Positions 9,974 through 19,811 of a stretch of DNA of 49,468 nt are shown piece by piece. This DNA comes from an uncultured Bacteriovorax sp. (lineage in GTDB: Bacteria; Bdellovibrionota; Bacteriovoracia; Bacteriovoracales; Bacteriovoracaceae): NCBI GenBank assembly GCA_943914745.1, contig CALUDF010000001.1, positions 1 to 49,468 on the forward strand. Reading direction: 5' to 3'. A program made the translations under genes and the position numbers. The first letter of the stretch is position 1. The number at the start of each line of letters is the position of its first letter. A model generated the notes under the pieces. It searched no databases and was not told the DNA's origin. It worked only from the letters and a program-made list of their open reading frames with translations.

Positions 9974-10735
9974 TTAAATATATAGTCCACCGTCAATTTT
10001 AATCGTTTCTCCGGTGATATATGACGATGCTTTGCTCAATAAAAAACACACTAAGTTCGCCACTTCATCGGCTTCTCCCATGCGTTTTAATGGGATAGAA
10101 GTCAAATAAGCGTCTTTAACCTTTTCGTCCAGTGCGTGTGTCATATCCGTCGTGATAAAACCAGGGCAGATTGCGTTGCAGCGAACGTTTCTTGAAGCTA
10201 ATTCCTTAGCGTAAGACTTAGTAAATCCAATCATTCCCGCTTTTGAAGCAGAGTAGGCAATTTGAGAAGCGTTCCCCATTAGTCCCACGATTGAGCTGAT
10301 GTTAACCACAGAGACGTTTTCAGCTTTTAAAAAGCTTCTTGAGAGAATCTGAGTCAGCATAATGGCCGAAGTGAGGTTTGTGTTGATTGTTTGAACCACG
10401 TCTTCTTCCTTCATGCGCAGAACGATTTGGTCTTTTGAGATTCCGGCGTTGTTGACAAGACCGGTGATTGGGCCATTTGCCTCAACGAATTTCTCAACCG
10501 CTTCTTTCATTTGGGCCGTGTTAGTGACGTCAAAAAGAAGGGCCGTCACGTTTGATGCTCCCTTAGCTTGAAGCTCTTCTTTTAACTTCATGGCAGCGGC
10601 TTCATCGCCTCTATAGTTGAAGACAACGTGAGCGCCTTGAGTTGCCAGGGCGTCGGCCATTTTTCTTCCAAGTCCACGAGAGGCACCTGTGATAAGAACT
10701 GTTTTACCTTTTAAATCAGAATAGGTTGCGATCAT
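9974..10735 (-). CDS. fabG: 3-oxoacyl-ACP reductase
   Basis: TGASRGLG, NNAGI, YSASK; position within the fab cluster. Confidence 0.95.
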   Translation of the reverse strand: MIATYSDLKGKTVLITGASRGLGRKMADALATQGAHVVFNYRGDEAAAMKLKEELQAKGASNVTALLFDVTNTAQMKEAVEKFVEANGPITGLVNNAGISKDQIVLRMKEEDVVQTINTNLTSAIMLTQILSRSFLKAENVSVVNISSIVGLMGNASQIAYSASKAGMIGFTKSYAKELASRNVRCNAICPGFITTDMTHALDEKVKDAYLTSIPLKRMGEADEVANLVCFLLSKASSYITGETIKIDGGLYI

Positions 10736-11676
10736 TTTAATAGCTCCTCAATTTCAGCAAGTGCTTCATCTTTATCCAAAGGAATCACTTTAATGTCTTT
10801 GTTAATCTTGCGAACTAGACCCATGAGAACTTTTCCAGGGCCCACTTCAATGCAAAGTGTGTCCGAAGGAAGTTTTTCAATTGATTGCGTCCATAACACC
10901 GGACCATAAGCCTGGTGGTATAGGTTGTTAATGATTGTTTCTGGATTTGTCCCGGCACTGTATTCAGTCGCATTGATGTTGGCGATGTAGGGAACTTTAT
11001 TTTCGTGCCATTTGAACTTGGCGAAAGCTTCTTTTAATTTATCAGCAGCAGGCTTCATGAGAGATGAGTGAAAAGGAGCTGAAACGTTGAGCTCCATTGC
11101 TCTGTGGGCCTCTTTGAAGTTTTCTGAAAGCCAAGAAACGGCACGCGTACAAGCTTCGCTTTCCCCTGAAATAACGATCTGAGAAGGATCGTTGAAGTTT
11201 GCCGGCATGACTTCTGAGCCTGGCTTAGAAGCGGCCTTACAAGCTTCAGTGACAACGTCAGCTGGAACTTTTAAGATCGCAAACATTTTCCCTTTGCCGA
11301 CAGGAACCGCTTCTTGCATGTATTTTCCGCGAAGGTGAACCGCATGGATTGCATCGTAAGGAGAGAGAACTCCAGCGACTACAAGGGCTGCGTACTCGCC
11401 CACAGAGTGGCCAAGGACGCGGTCAACTTTGACGTCGTATTTTTTAAGGAGAGTCTCCAGTTGGTTATAAAGCGCAACAGAGTGTTTTAAAATAGCAGGT
11501 TGAGTGTTGTGAGTGAGCTTCAGTTCTTCTTCTGGACCTTCATGCATAAGTTTTTTCAGGTCGTACCCTAAAATCTCATTTCCCTTATCAAAAAGTGCCT
11601 GGTCCAGGTTTTTTCCCATTCCAACGTATTGTGAACCTTGGCCTGGAAAAAGTAGTGTTACTGATTTAATACCCAT
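10732..11676 (-). CDS. fabD: Malonyl-CoA:ACP transacylase
   Basis: FPGQGSQ, GHSVGEY, VSAPFHS. Confidence 0.96.
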   Translation of the reverse strand: MGIKSVTLLFPGQGSQYVGMGKNLDQALFDKGNEILGYDLKKLMHEGPEEELKLTHNTQPAILKHSVALYNQLETLLKKYDVKVDRVLGHSVGEYAALVVAGVLSPYDAIHAVHLRGKYMQEAVPVGKGKMFAILKVPADVVTEACKAASKPGSEVMPANFNDPSQIVISGESEACTRAVSWLSENFKEAHRAMELNVSAPFHSSLMKPAADKLKEAFAKFKWHENKVPYIANINATEYSAGTNPETIINNLYHQAYGPVLWTQSIEKLPSDTLCIEVGPGKVLMGLVRKINKDIKVIPLDKDEALAEIEELLK

Positions 11677-11692
11677 CAAACGTTCCTTGTTA

Positions 11693-12694
11693 CTAGTATC
11701 TTAATAATGTGGCACCTGCGGTTAATCCCGCACCGAAGGCATCGAATAAAACGATGTCTCCGCGCTTAATGCGTCCGTCGGCAATCGCTTCGTGAAAAGC
11801 GATAGGCACAGTCGCAGCTGAAGTGTTGCCGTACTTGTCGATATTGACGATCATTTTGTCCATGCTCACATCAAGAAGATTCGCGGTGGTTTCGATGATC
11901 CTGATGTTGGCCTGGTGAGGGACAACCCAGTTGACTTCTTCTTTGGTCATTCCTGCCATCTCAAGAACTTTTCTGCCGTTTTCGGCCAGGGTTCTCGTGG
12001 CCACTTTAAACATTTCCTTCCCTTTCATTTGCATGAAATGGCTTCCTTCGGCGATATGCTCGGGAGTAATGGGAGAGACGGCTCCTCCGATTGGTTGATC
12101 GAAGAATTCTCCGCCCGTTCCGTCTGAGTTTAAAATGCTTGATAGGATTTTTGATTCAGAACCTTCTTCCGCGCGCCCGATGATTGCGACACCACATCCA
12201 TCCCCAAAGAGGATGCATGAGTTTCTGTCTTTCCAATTAACTTCGCGAGAGAGCATTTCCGACCCAACGACCAGGACGTTTTTAGCAAGTCCTGTCTTGA
12301 TGAATGAGTTGGCCATGTTCACGCCGTAAACAAATCCTGAACATGCAACTGAGATATCCAGGCATGTGCAGTTGTTGGTGATTCCCAGTTTGACTTGGAG
12401 AATGCAGGCTGAGTTTGGAAGTTTTACGTCGGGAGTAACTGAAGCGAAGATGATGAAGTCGATGTCGTTTGGCTGAAGGTTTGCTGCCTTAAGTGCATCT
12501 TGGGTGGCATTGAATGCCATATCTGTTGGCCATTCCCCGCCTTCAGTAGAGCAGATTCTTCTTTCTCTGATTCCGGTTCTTGTATAGATCCATTCATCAC
12601 TCGTTTCAACGACTGATTCCAGGTCTTTGTTTGTCATGATTTTTTTGGGAGCGTACATCCCAGTGCCTAGAATTTTTGCATCATAGGTTTTCAT
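11693..12694 (-). CDS. fabH: Beta-ketoacyl-ACP synthase III
   Basis: ACSGF, FGDG, PHQAN, YGNTSAA. Confidence 0.97.
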   Translation of the reverse strand: MKTYDAKILGTGMYAPKKIMTNKDLESVVETSDEWIYTRTGIRERRICSTEGGEWPTDMAFNATQDALKAANLQPNDIDFIIFASVTPDVKLPNSACILQVKLGITNNCTCLDISVACSGFVYGVNMANSFIKTGLAKNVLVVGSEMLSREVNWKDRNSCILFGDGCGVAIIGRAEEGSESKILSSILNSDGTGGEFFDQPIGGAVSPITPEHIAEGSHFMQMKGKEMFKVATRTLAENGRKVLEMAGMTKEEVNWVVPHQANIRIIETTANLLDVSMDKMIVNIDKYGNTSAATVPIAFHEAIADGRIKRGDIVLFDAFGAGLTAGATLLRY

Positions 12695-12717
12695 TTTGGA
12701 CGTCCATGTTGAGTCCT

Positions 12718-12762
12718 AAAAAAAAGGCCCTTATATTCGGTCGGAATGATAAGGGCTTTTTA
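12718..12762. terminator. Terminator-like hairpin between rpmF and fabH
   Basis: A-tract, GCCCTTAT...ATAAGGGC inverted repeat, T-tract. Confidence 0.65.
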
Positions 12763-12792
12763 TTTTTAAGACTAAATTTGCTTAATTAATGA

Positions 12793-13002
12793 TTATTGAG
12801 CAGCTTCTTCTGTTTCGTTAGACTTTACAGAAACAACTACTTTTCCTTTATAGAATCCACAAGCTCCACAAACAGTGTGAGGCATAACGTGAACACCACA
12901 GTTTGAACAAGTCATTGGGTGCTTTCTATATAGTTTATGGTGTTGTCCAGCTCTTCTTAAACCTTTTCTTGAAACTGAATTTTTCTTCTTAGGAACTGCC
13001 AT
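12793..13002 (-). CDS. rpmF: 50S ribosomal protein L32 (zinc-ribbon form)
   Basis: MAVPKKK...R, CSNC...PHTVCGACGFYKG. Confidence 0.96.
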   Translation of the reverse strand: MAVPKKKNSVSRKGLRRAGQHHKLYRKHPMTCSNCGVHVMPHTVCGACGFYKGKVVVSVKSNETEEAAQ

Positions 13003-13109
13003 TTTATACTCCGCGACAAATTTGTAACTTCAACTTTATTTAAATATGAGGGTAAATCAATACGATAAAAACTGCGCTTCGGCAAGTTTTTTTGACGTAA
13101 CCATGACTT

Positions 13110-13622
13110 TTAGGCCTCTTCTTCTGCTCTTTGACTTCTTGGGAAGGCCGGAACTTCCAGGAAGATCTGTTCATGGATGAATTCGTTAATATCCGCTAAC
13201 CCTTTGCGGTAAAAATAAAGCTCCATCTCTTCACCGTCCGCAAAGACAGTCGTTGCTTCAGCATATTCAGGCTGTTTTTCTTGAGAATCATGAAGGAAAG
13301 CAGCGTTGACTTGGTGGTCCATATGTTGAGGAAGAGGGACTAAGGTAAGGCCACAAGGAAGGTGGTACTTAGCGTTAATTTTGGCCCTAACGACTAAATG
13401 ATCCCCTAAAAGGGTGTTCTTTTTTCGGGTGATTTTCATGTCGAGGTGCAGTGATCCAGCTGGATAGACGTCCTCTTCATCAAGTTGCTCATGGAGTTCT
13501 TTTAGGATTTCTTGAAGCCATGGGGTCTTTTCACTTGAAAGCTCGTACTCCTCGATGATGTCGTGGCTATACTTGCTAACAGGGACTTGAGGGTCAATTT
13601 GCGTGTTAATTTTTGTCGTCAT
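13110..13622 (-). CDS. yceD: YceD/DUF177 family protein
   Basis: Directly upstream of rpmF; C-terminal D...FIHEQIFLEVP. Start placed at ATG 13622 after GGGAG; upstream alternatives extend to 13637. Confidence 0.75.
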   Translation of the reverse strand: MTTKINTQIDPQVPVSKYSHDIIEEYELSSEKTPWLQEILKELHEQLDEEDVYPAGSLHLDMKITRKKNTLLGDHLVVRAKINAKYHLPCGLTLVPLPQHMDHQVNAAFLHDSQEKQPEYAEATTVFADGEEMELYFYRKGLADINEFIHEQIFLEVPAFPRSQRAEEEA

Positions 13623-13682
13623 ATTCATGGCTCCCATTTAACTCAGATGATTTTAAAAGTACAATGGGTTTAAGGGGTTCGA

Positions 13683-14189
13683 GTGAATATTTTGATTTGT
13701 GGATTTATGGGCTGTGGAAAGACGACTTTTGTCGAGAGCTTCCAGAATAATCATTTAGGGTTTAAGACCCTGGACCTCGATAGCGCCGTAGCTCTTTCCG
13801 TAGGTCTTCTTCCGAGCGAATTAGGGGAGTGGATCAATAAATACGGGCTGCCAGTTTTTCGCCATAAAGAAATTTTGCTCTTAAAAGAAATGCTCTCAAC
13901 GAACTCTTCCAAGATCATTGCTTTGGGTGGAGGAACCATTGAGGCGCCAGGTTTTTGGGAGATTGCAGAAAAAAATAAGCTTGTGTTCCTCGATGTGCCT
14001 TTTGGCACTTGTTTTGAGCGCATCAAAAATGACCCGAATAGGCCGCAGACGAAATTGGGTGAGGAATGTTTGCGTGCTCTCTATGAAAAACGGCTTCCAC
14101 TCTATCAAAAAGCCAGTCTCGTCCTCTCGGAAGAAGGCATAAAAAAGATTGTTTCCCTCTCTTCTCTAGTGCATAATTTAGAAGGATAA
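13683..14189 (+). CDS. aroK: Shikimate kinase
   Basis: GFMGCGKT P-loop, DLD, FRHKE, ALGGG, RP lid, R.PLY. Confidence 0.9.
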   Translation: MNILICGFMGCGKTTFVESFQNNHLGFKTLDLDSAVALSVGLLPSELGEWINKYGLPVFRHKEILLLKEMLSTNSSKIIALGGGTIEAPGFWEIAEKNKLVFLDVPFGTCFERIKNDPNRPQTKLGEECLRALYEKRLPLYQKASLVLSEEGIKKIVSLSSLVHNLEG

Positions 14190-14204
14190 AATTAAAACCG
14201 ACAA
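14177..14204 (+). promoter_or_regulatory. Sigma28 (FliA)-like promoter
   Basis: TTTAG-N15-ACCGACAA upstream of the ORF at 14220. Confidence 0.4.
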
Positions 14205-14219
14205 GAGGTTAGGTAGGCC

Positions 14220-15695
14220 ATGCTAGAAGAAGGAAAAGTGTCAGTAGCGCTTCTGCTTTCTGATTTAAACGAAGTTAAGGAAATTTCTTCAGTCTTTAAA
14301 AAGCTCGGAGTGATCCCGCATTTTTATGAAGACCTGAAAACTTTCTGGAGTGGAACTCTGGAGCGTTTGCCGGCCCTTTGTATTGTCGACGTCAAAAAAA
14401 TGAGTGAAGGCGATTTAGTTCTTCGCGATCACCCGGCGGTGATTGCAGAAGAGATGCCGCTTTTATTCTATTATACAGAAAAGACTGAGCCTCTCTTAGT
14501 GTCGACTCACCACTTTTTTCACCTGGGGACGCTGAAGCAATCTTCTAATTACGAAGGGCCTCTAAAAGGAATTTTAAAGAGACTTAATAAAATCTCTTCG
14601 CTGGAGCAGCACTATCACATGCTCAAAATGACCTCAGTTGCTCAACAGGAGCAAATTGAGCGTTTGGAAGCCTCTTTAAGAGAAGAGGAGCGCGCTGATA
14701 ATTACCAGTCCATGGTTAAGAGCGTCTGCCTTGAATTTGAAAAGCTGCGTTCTGAAGCTGATTTTTTTAAGTCGATTGAAAAAGTGTTTCATGGAGTTGA
14801 AGAAATCGAGGAGTTTGCTTTTTTAGAACTCTCTTTCAACGGACAAAAACTCATCTCTCCCATTTCTCACTTAAAAAAATTCAGAAACATCCCTTCATTG
14901 TGGCTGGGCCAGGCCTGCACAAATGGGATTGAACTCTTTGCCCAGAACATGGCGACTCAAGTGGCTTTGGATGTCATGGGTGGGGATTTGGTCTCTCTCT
15001 TGATTAAAGGATCGGAGAGTAAGCCGGACAAGATGCTCTTTATCAAATCAAAGAACGAAACGTTCTTTAATAATTTTGACTGGAACATGCTGGAAGCTTA
15101 CTTAAACGGCTTCTATGCAACTTTTAGAAATAATCTCAATGCACCATTAGAATTGAGCCGAAAATTCTCTTCAAGCTTTGAGGCGCTCAGCTATCTTGAT
15201 CAGTTTCTTTTTGGCCAAACAACCATTGAGGCCCAACAAAATAAAATCAACCAAGACATGCGCTTAGTTGACCTGGATCTTTCAAGCCTTATGCAAGTGG
15301 TGATGAGAAAAGGCACGAATCGCTTTTTCTGGAACCGCTTTTTAACTGAATTCATCAACAAGCTTGAAATCCAAACGCGCACCGATTTCAGGTTTTTTGA
15401 TTTTGGCGCGGGAAATATTGGTTTTGTCGTCAAAGCTTCTGACCTCGATGTCTTTTTTGATCAACTCAAGGAATTTTCCGGGCGCTTCCAGTTCTGGAAA
15501 TATTTTGAAGACAGCGATGGCGTGCTCTCGCAGCTGATTCAACCAAAAGTGACGATGTCACCGATGTCAGCACATGCTTATTTAACCAAAATCCTGGATA
15601 TTGAAAATGAACTCAAGGGAGTGATCAATGCCCCAAGAAAAGAGGCGAAGAAGGCCTGGACGTTTGTTGAGCCAAAAACCAGTTTAGATATGTAG
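14220..15695 (+). CDS. Hypothetical protein; possible receiver-like, coiled-coil and degenerate GGDEF-like regions
   Basis: 491-aa ORF. LCIVDV resembles a receiver strand; central coiled coil; C-terminal LVDLD...FDFGAGNIGFVV. Confidence 0.8.
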   Translation: MLEEGKVSVALLLSDLNEVKEISSVFKKLGVIPHFYEDLKTFWSGTLERLPALCIVDVKKMSEGDLVLRDHPAVIAEEMPLLFYYTEKTEPLLVSTHHFFHLGTLKQSSNYEGPLKGILKRLNKISSLEQHYHMLKMTSVAQQEQIERLEASLREEERADNYQSMVKSVCLEFEKLRSEADFFKSIEKVFHGVEEIEEFAFLELSFNGQKLISPISHLKKFRNIPSLWLGQACTNGIELFAQNMATQVALDVMGGDLVSLLIKGSESKPDKMLFIKSKNETFFNNFDWNMLEAYLNGFYATFRNNLNAPLELSRKFSSSFEALSYLDQFLFGQTTIEAQQNKINQDMRLVDLDLSSLMQVVMRKGTNRFFWNRFLTEFINKLEIQTRTDFRFFDFGAGNIGFVVKASDLDVFFDQLKEFSGRFQFWKYFEDSDGVLSQLIQPKVTMSPMSAHAYLTKILDIENELKGVINAPRKEAKKAWTFVEPKTSLDM

Positions 15696-15705
15696 GAAAA
15701 CTTAG

Positions 15706-16845
15706 ATGAAGTTCAGAAGCCGCTTAGTGGTCAACCTCGATCATTTTGCTTACAATATAAATCAAATCAAAAAGATCTCTCCGAAGGCCCAGATTCTTTG
15801 CATGATTAAGGCCGATGCCTACGGACATGGAATGATTCCCATGGCCCGCTATGCAATCACGGAACTCGCGATTGGTGAGTTTGGTTGTGCGACGATTGGA
15901 GAGGCCCTGAAGCTTCGCGAGGAACTCAACGAGCTTGAGTTCGATATTTATGTTTTTTCCGACATTCAATTAGAGCTTCTAGAAAATGCGGACATTTATT
16001 TAAAGCGCAGGATTATTCCGGTCATCTCAAATGTCAGCGAACTCGATTATATCCTTCACACTCCGGAGTTCAGGCATTTTCCGATTTGCTTGAAGTTCAA
16101 TACGGGAATGAATCGCCTGGGCCTTGACCCCAACGACACTCCCTTGATCGTGAATAAATTAAAACAGCATGGTAGAAATTCTGTCCATCACTTGATCAGT
16201 CACTACGCCAATGCCAGCTCGGACATGAATCTTCATGAGGTCAACGTTCTTCAAAGAACGCGCTTTAGTGAAATCAAAAAATTCTTCCGCGATTCGGGGA
16301 TTACTCTAGAGAGGACATCTCAATCAAACTCGGGGACGATTGAACAAAAAATTGGTCTTCCGGAAAACAGTGATGACACGCATGTTAGACCCGGTCTCAT
16401 GCTGTATGGACCGAGCTCGCTTAATCCCGAAGTCGCAGGGAACTTCCAAGGTAAGTTAGTATCGAAATTAGAAACCTATATTTTAAGAACTTTTGAAGTG
16501 AAAAAAGGCGACGTTGTCGGATACAACTCAACTCCTTGTCCTTCGGATGGACTGATTGCCATTTTGGCCATTGGTTACGGAGATGGATTCTTCAATCGTT
16601 ATTCCGGGGCGCATTTGTACCACAAAGGTTTTACCGGGACGATTATCGGACGAGTGAGTATGGATATGACTCACGTCTTTTTCCCTAAAGAGGCCAAAGG
16701 GCACATTTTGGCCCATGAGATCTTTACGATTTGGGGAGCAAAAGAAGGGGACTTGCAGAGTTTTTGTTCAGAGACAAAAATCATCCCATATGAAGTTTTC
16801 TGTGCGCTTCTTCCTCGCGTTCCAAGAGTTTATCGTTTAAACTAA
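15706..16845 (+). CDS. alr: Alanine racemase
   Basis: IKADAYGHG PLP lysine motif, NTGMNRLG, VRPG, IGYGDG, GRVSMD. Confidence 0.96.
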   Translation: MKFRSRLVVNLDHFAYNINQIKKISPKAQILCMIKADAYGHGMIPMARYAITELAIGEFGCATIGEALKLREELNELEFDIYVFSDIQLELLENADIYLKRRIIPVISNVSELDYILHTPEFRHFPICLKFNTGMNRLGLDPNDTPLIVNKLKQHGRNSVHHLISHYANASSDMNLHEVNVLQRTRFSEIKKFFRDSGITLERTSQSNSGTIEQKIGLPENSDDTHVRPGLMLYGPSSLNPEVAGNFQGKLVSKLETYILRTFEVKKGDVVGYNSTPCPSDGLIAILAIGYGDGFFNRYSGAHLYHKGFTGTIIGRVSMDMTHVFFPKEAKGHILAHEIFTIWGAKEGDLQSFCSETKIIPYEVFCALLPRVPRVYRLN

Positions 16846-16849
16846 TTGG

Positions 16850-17653
16850 GTGATAACGAAATTAAAAAATTATTTAAGAGATCAGATTGAAGATTTTGGC
16901 CGCTCCATTTTGGAGATGGTCGACGGCCTTGGGATGATCACGCTTTTTGGTGGACGATTCTTTTACTGGACGTTCAAGCGCCCATACCGATTGCATCTTT
17001 TGATGGAGCAGCTCTATTTCATCGGCAACAAAAGTATCCTGATTATTCTTTTGACGGGAATTTTCACAGGAATGGTTTTTTGTACTCAAACCTATTTTGG
17101 TTTTAAGCTCATCAACGTTGACTCTCTGGTGGGATCAATTGTTGCCATTTCACTGGCAAAAGAATTAGCTCCCGTCCTAACCGGACTCATTGTTGCGGGA
17201 AGGGCCGGTTCTGCCATGGCCGCTCAGATTGGCTCAATGAAGGTGACTGAACAAATTGATGCCCTGGAAGTTATGGGGATTAACTCGATTCAGTACCTGG
17301 CCGTACCAAGAATTATCGCCACGACTCTGGCCATGCCGATGCTCTCAATCATTTTTCTTTTTATCGGAAACCTGGGCGCATACGTCGTAGGGACGACGAC
17401 TCTTATGATTGATGAGGCGATGTTTTACTCCAAGCTCTCTGAGTTCATGGCCATTGCCGACGTTGCTCAGGGTGTGATTAAAGCTTTTGTTTTTGGTTTT
17501 GTTATCTCAGTCATCGGAACTTATTTTGGCTTTCAGGTCGAAAAGGGAGCCGTGGGCGTTGGTCGCGGGACAAACCTCGCCGTTATCTGGGGAATGGTTT
17601 CAGTTCTTGTTCTCGATTACTTTTTAACAACTTTCTTGGTTAAGATCTTGTAG
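16850..17653 (+). CDS. mlaE: MlaE-family ABC permease
   Basis: ELAPVLTGLIVAGRAGSAMAAQIGSMKVTEQIDALEVMG...PR. Confidence 0.94.
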   Translation: MITKLKNYLRDQIEDFGRSILEMVDGLGMITLFGGRFFYWTFKRPYRLHLLMEQLYFIGNKSILIILLTGIFTGMVFCTQTYFGFKLINVDSLVGSIVAISLAKELAPVLTGLIVAGRAGSAMAAQIGSMKVTEQIDALEVMGINSIQYLAVPRIIATTLAMPMLSIIFLFIGNLGAYVVGTTTLMIDEAMFYSKLSEFMAIADVAQGVIKAFVFGFVISVIGTYFGFQVEKGAVGVGRGTNLAVIWGMVSVLVLDYFLTTFLVKIL

Positions 17654-17661
17654 GGGGATGG

Positions 17662-18414
17662 ATGCTGACGTTTGACAATCCCGCTATTTCCATAAAAAAC
17701 GTCACCAAGATTTTTGGTGAACAAAAAGTTTTGGACAATTTGAATTTTGATATCGAAAGAAACAAGATCACAACGATTCTTGGTTTCTCGGGGGCCGGTA
17801 AATCGACTCTTCTAAAACATATCCTGGGAATTGTGAAACCAACTTCAGGCTCGGTGGAAGTCCTAGATCAGGACCTCGCCCATTTGGGAAAGGTTGAACT
17901 CAGGGAGTTTAGAAGAAACTATGGGATGCTTTTTCAATATGCCGCTCTCTTTGATTCCTTTACCGCGGAAGAAAACGTGGCCTTTCCTCTTAAAGAATTT
18001 ACCAAATTATCTCCCAAAGAAATTCACGATAAGGTCAAAGACCTTCTGATTTCCGTTGGGATCAAAGAAGAGTCTTTTGGTCGACTGCCTTCCGAGCTCT
18101 CCGGAGGGATGAGAAAGAGGGTGGGTCTTGCTCGCGCTCTTGCACTCAGTCCAGCGATCATGCTCTATGATGAGCCGACGACGGGACTAGATCCCATTAC
18201 AACGAAAATGGTTAACAATCTTATTGTTGATACTGCAAAAAACCACGAAGACCGAGAGATGACATCAGTTATTATTTCCCACGACGTAAAAGCGACGTTA
18301 GAAATTTCCGACTATGTGGCCTTTTTGGACCGTGGTAAGATTATTGAGTATTTACCAGTAGATGAGTTTAAGAATTCGAAGAAAGAGCTGGTTCAAGAAT
18401 TTTTAAGACTCTAA
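17662..18414 (+). CDS. mlaF: MlaF-family ABC ATPase
   Basis: GFSGAGKS, LSGGMRKR, YDEPTTGLDP; lies between mlaE and mlaD. Confidence 0.92.
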   Translation: MLTFDNPAISIKNVTKIFGEQKVLDNLNFDIERNKITTILGFSGAGKSTLLKHILGIVKPTSGSVEVLDQDLAHLGKVELREFRRNYGMLFQYAALFDSFTAEENVAFPLKEFTKLSPKEIHDKVKDLLISVGIKEESFGRLPSELSGGMRKRVGLARALALSPAIMLYDEPTTGLDPITTKMVNNLIVDTAKNHEDREMTSVIISHDVKATLEISDYVAFLDRGKIIEYLPVDEFKNSKKELVQEFLRL

Positions 18415-18434
18415 ATAAAAGGTGTGAAATTCAG

Positions 18435-19805
18435 ATGAATGAATTTAAAGTAGGTCTTTTAGCTATCGCCACATTGGCCGCCATCGTTTTTATGTCGTTT
18501 AAGATCACGTCGAATCAATCGGGGTTCGGTCAGTATCAAACATATAGAACAATTGTTAAGGATGCTTCCGGCATCTTTCCAAAAACTCCAATCAAGATTG
18601 CCGGTATCGCTGCCGGACGTATCACTTCTATCGAGCTTCAAGGAAACACGGCCCTTATTTCTTTTGAAATTCTAAGAGAAATCCAGGTGACAAAAAACTC
18701 TAAACTAAGAATCAAGTCTGTCGGTTTCTTAGGAGATAAGTACATCGAAATTTATGTGGGAGACTCGCCTGAGTTCCTGGCAAAAAATGATTTCATTGAT
18801 TCAGAGGAAGCGGCGGGGATTGAGACTTTAGTTAAAGACGCTTCGGAAGTTTTAGCGGATGTTAAAGCGATCACCAAAAGCTTAAAAGACAGTATTGCTC
18901 CAGATGGGCAGCCTTCTCCAATGAAAAAAATCCTGGAGGATATCGGCGCTTTGGTGGAAAACACTCGCGTGGCGACAGACTCACTCAAGCGCGTGATGAC
19001 AGGAAACGAAGAAAAACTCAATGCCATGGTTGAAAACCTCGAGAGCTTCTCTTATGAACTTGCTTACCAAGTTGATAAAGGAAATCCAGACAGTGCGATG
19101 GCAGACATAAAAGAAATCCTGGCCAACTCTAAAAAAATCACAGCTGACTTAAATTCACTGATCGCCGATGTCAAACGCGGAAAAGGAACAGTGGGGAAAC
19201 TCTTAGTTGAAGATGAAATCGCTGACCAGGTAAAGGACACTCTTGCAAGTGTACAAAAGATTGTAGGGAAGGCTGACTCAATTAGAACGGAGCTCTCTGT
19301 CTTTACCGGGGCCAACACCGAAGGTGGTGGAGAAAGTGAAGTGGCGCTTAGAATTTTCCCTTCACCTGAGAGATTTTATCACTTAGGGCTTACGACATCA
19401 GAAATTGGACCAGACAAAGAGACGATCACTGAAACGACAACTAACGGAGCCACTGTCTACAGCAACCGAAAAGAGCGTGACAGAGACACCTTTAGATTCA
19501 ACGTTCAGATCGGTAGGCGAGTTCAAGACTTCGCTTTCCGCGGAGGTTTAATCGAGTCAACAGGTGGTCTGGGGCTAGATTATTATCTGCAGAATCTTGG
19601 AACGAAATTCTCTCTTGAGGCATTTGATTACAAGAAAGACAAAGGTGCCAACATGCGCTTTATCACTGAACTTCAACTCTGGAACGTTCTTTACGGTCGC
19701 GCTTCAGTCAATGACATCGGTAGAAAAGAGCGTAGTGCAACAGTCCAGGCAGGGTTAAGATTTAACGACGAAGATTTAAAAGGGTTAATGGGCTTCTTCT
19801 TCTAA
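18435..19805 (+). CDS. mlaD: MlaD/MCE family protein with long helical region and C-terminal beta-rich domain
   Basis: N-terminal TM (EFKVG), MCE pattern (AG...G.I, GFLGDKYIEI), GKGTVGKLL, beta-strand-rich C-terminus. Confidence 0.88.
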   Translation: MNEFKVGLLAIATLAAIVFMSFKITSNQSGFGQYQTYRTIVKDASGIFPKTPIKIAGIAAGRITSIELQGNTALISFEILREIQVTKNSKLRIKSVGFLGDKYIEIYVGDSPEFLAKNDFIDSEEAAGIETLVKDASEVLADVKAITKSLKDSIAPDGQPSPMKKILEDIGALVENTRVATDSLKRVMTGNEEKLNAMVENLESFSYELAYQVDKGNPDSAMADIKEILANSKKITADLNSLIADVKRGKGTVGKLLVEDEIADQVKDTLASVQKIVGKADSIRTELSVFTGANTEGGGESEVALRIFPSPERFYHLGLTTSEIGPDKETITETTTNGATVYSNRKERDRDTFRFNVQIGRRVQDFAFRGGLIESTGGLGLDYYLQNLGTKFSLEAFDYKKDKGANMRFITELQLWNVLYGRASVNDIGRKERSATVQAGLRFNDEDLKGLMGFFF

Positions 19806-19811
19806 TTTATT

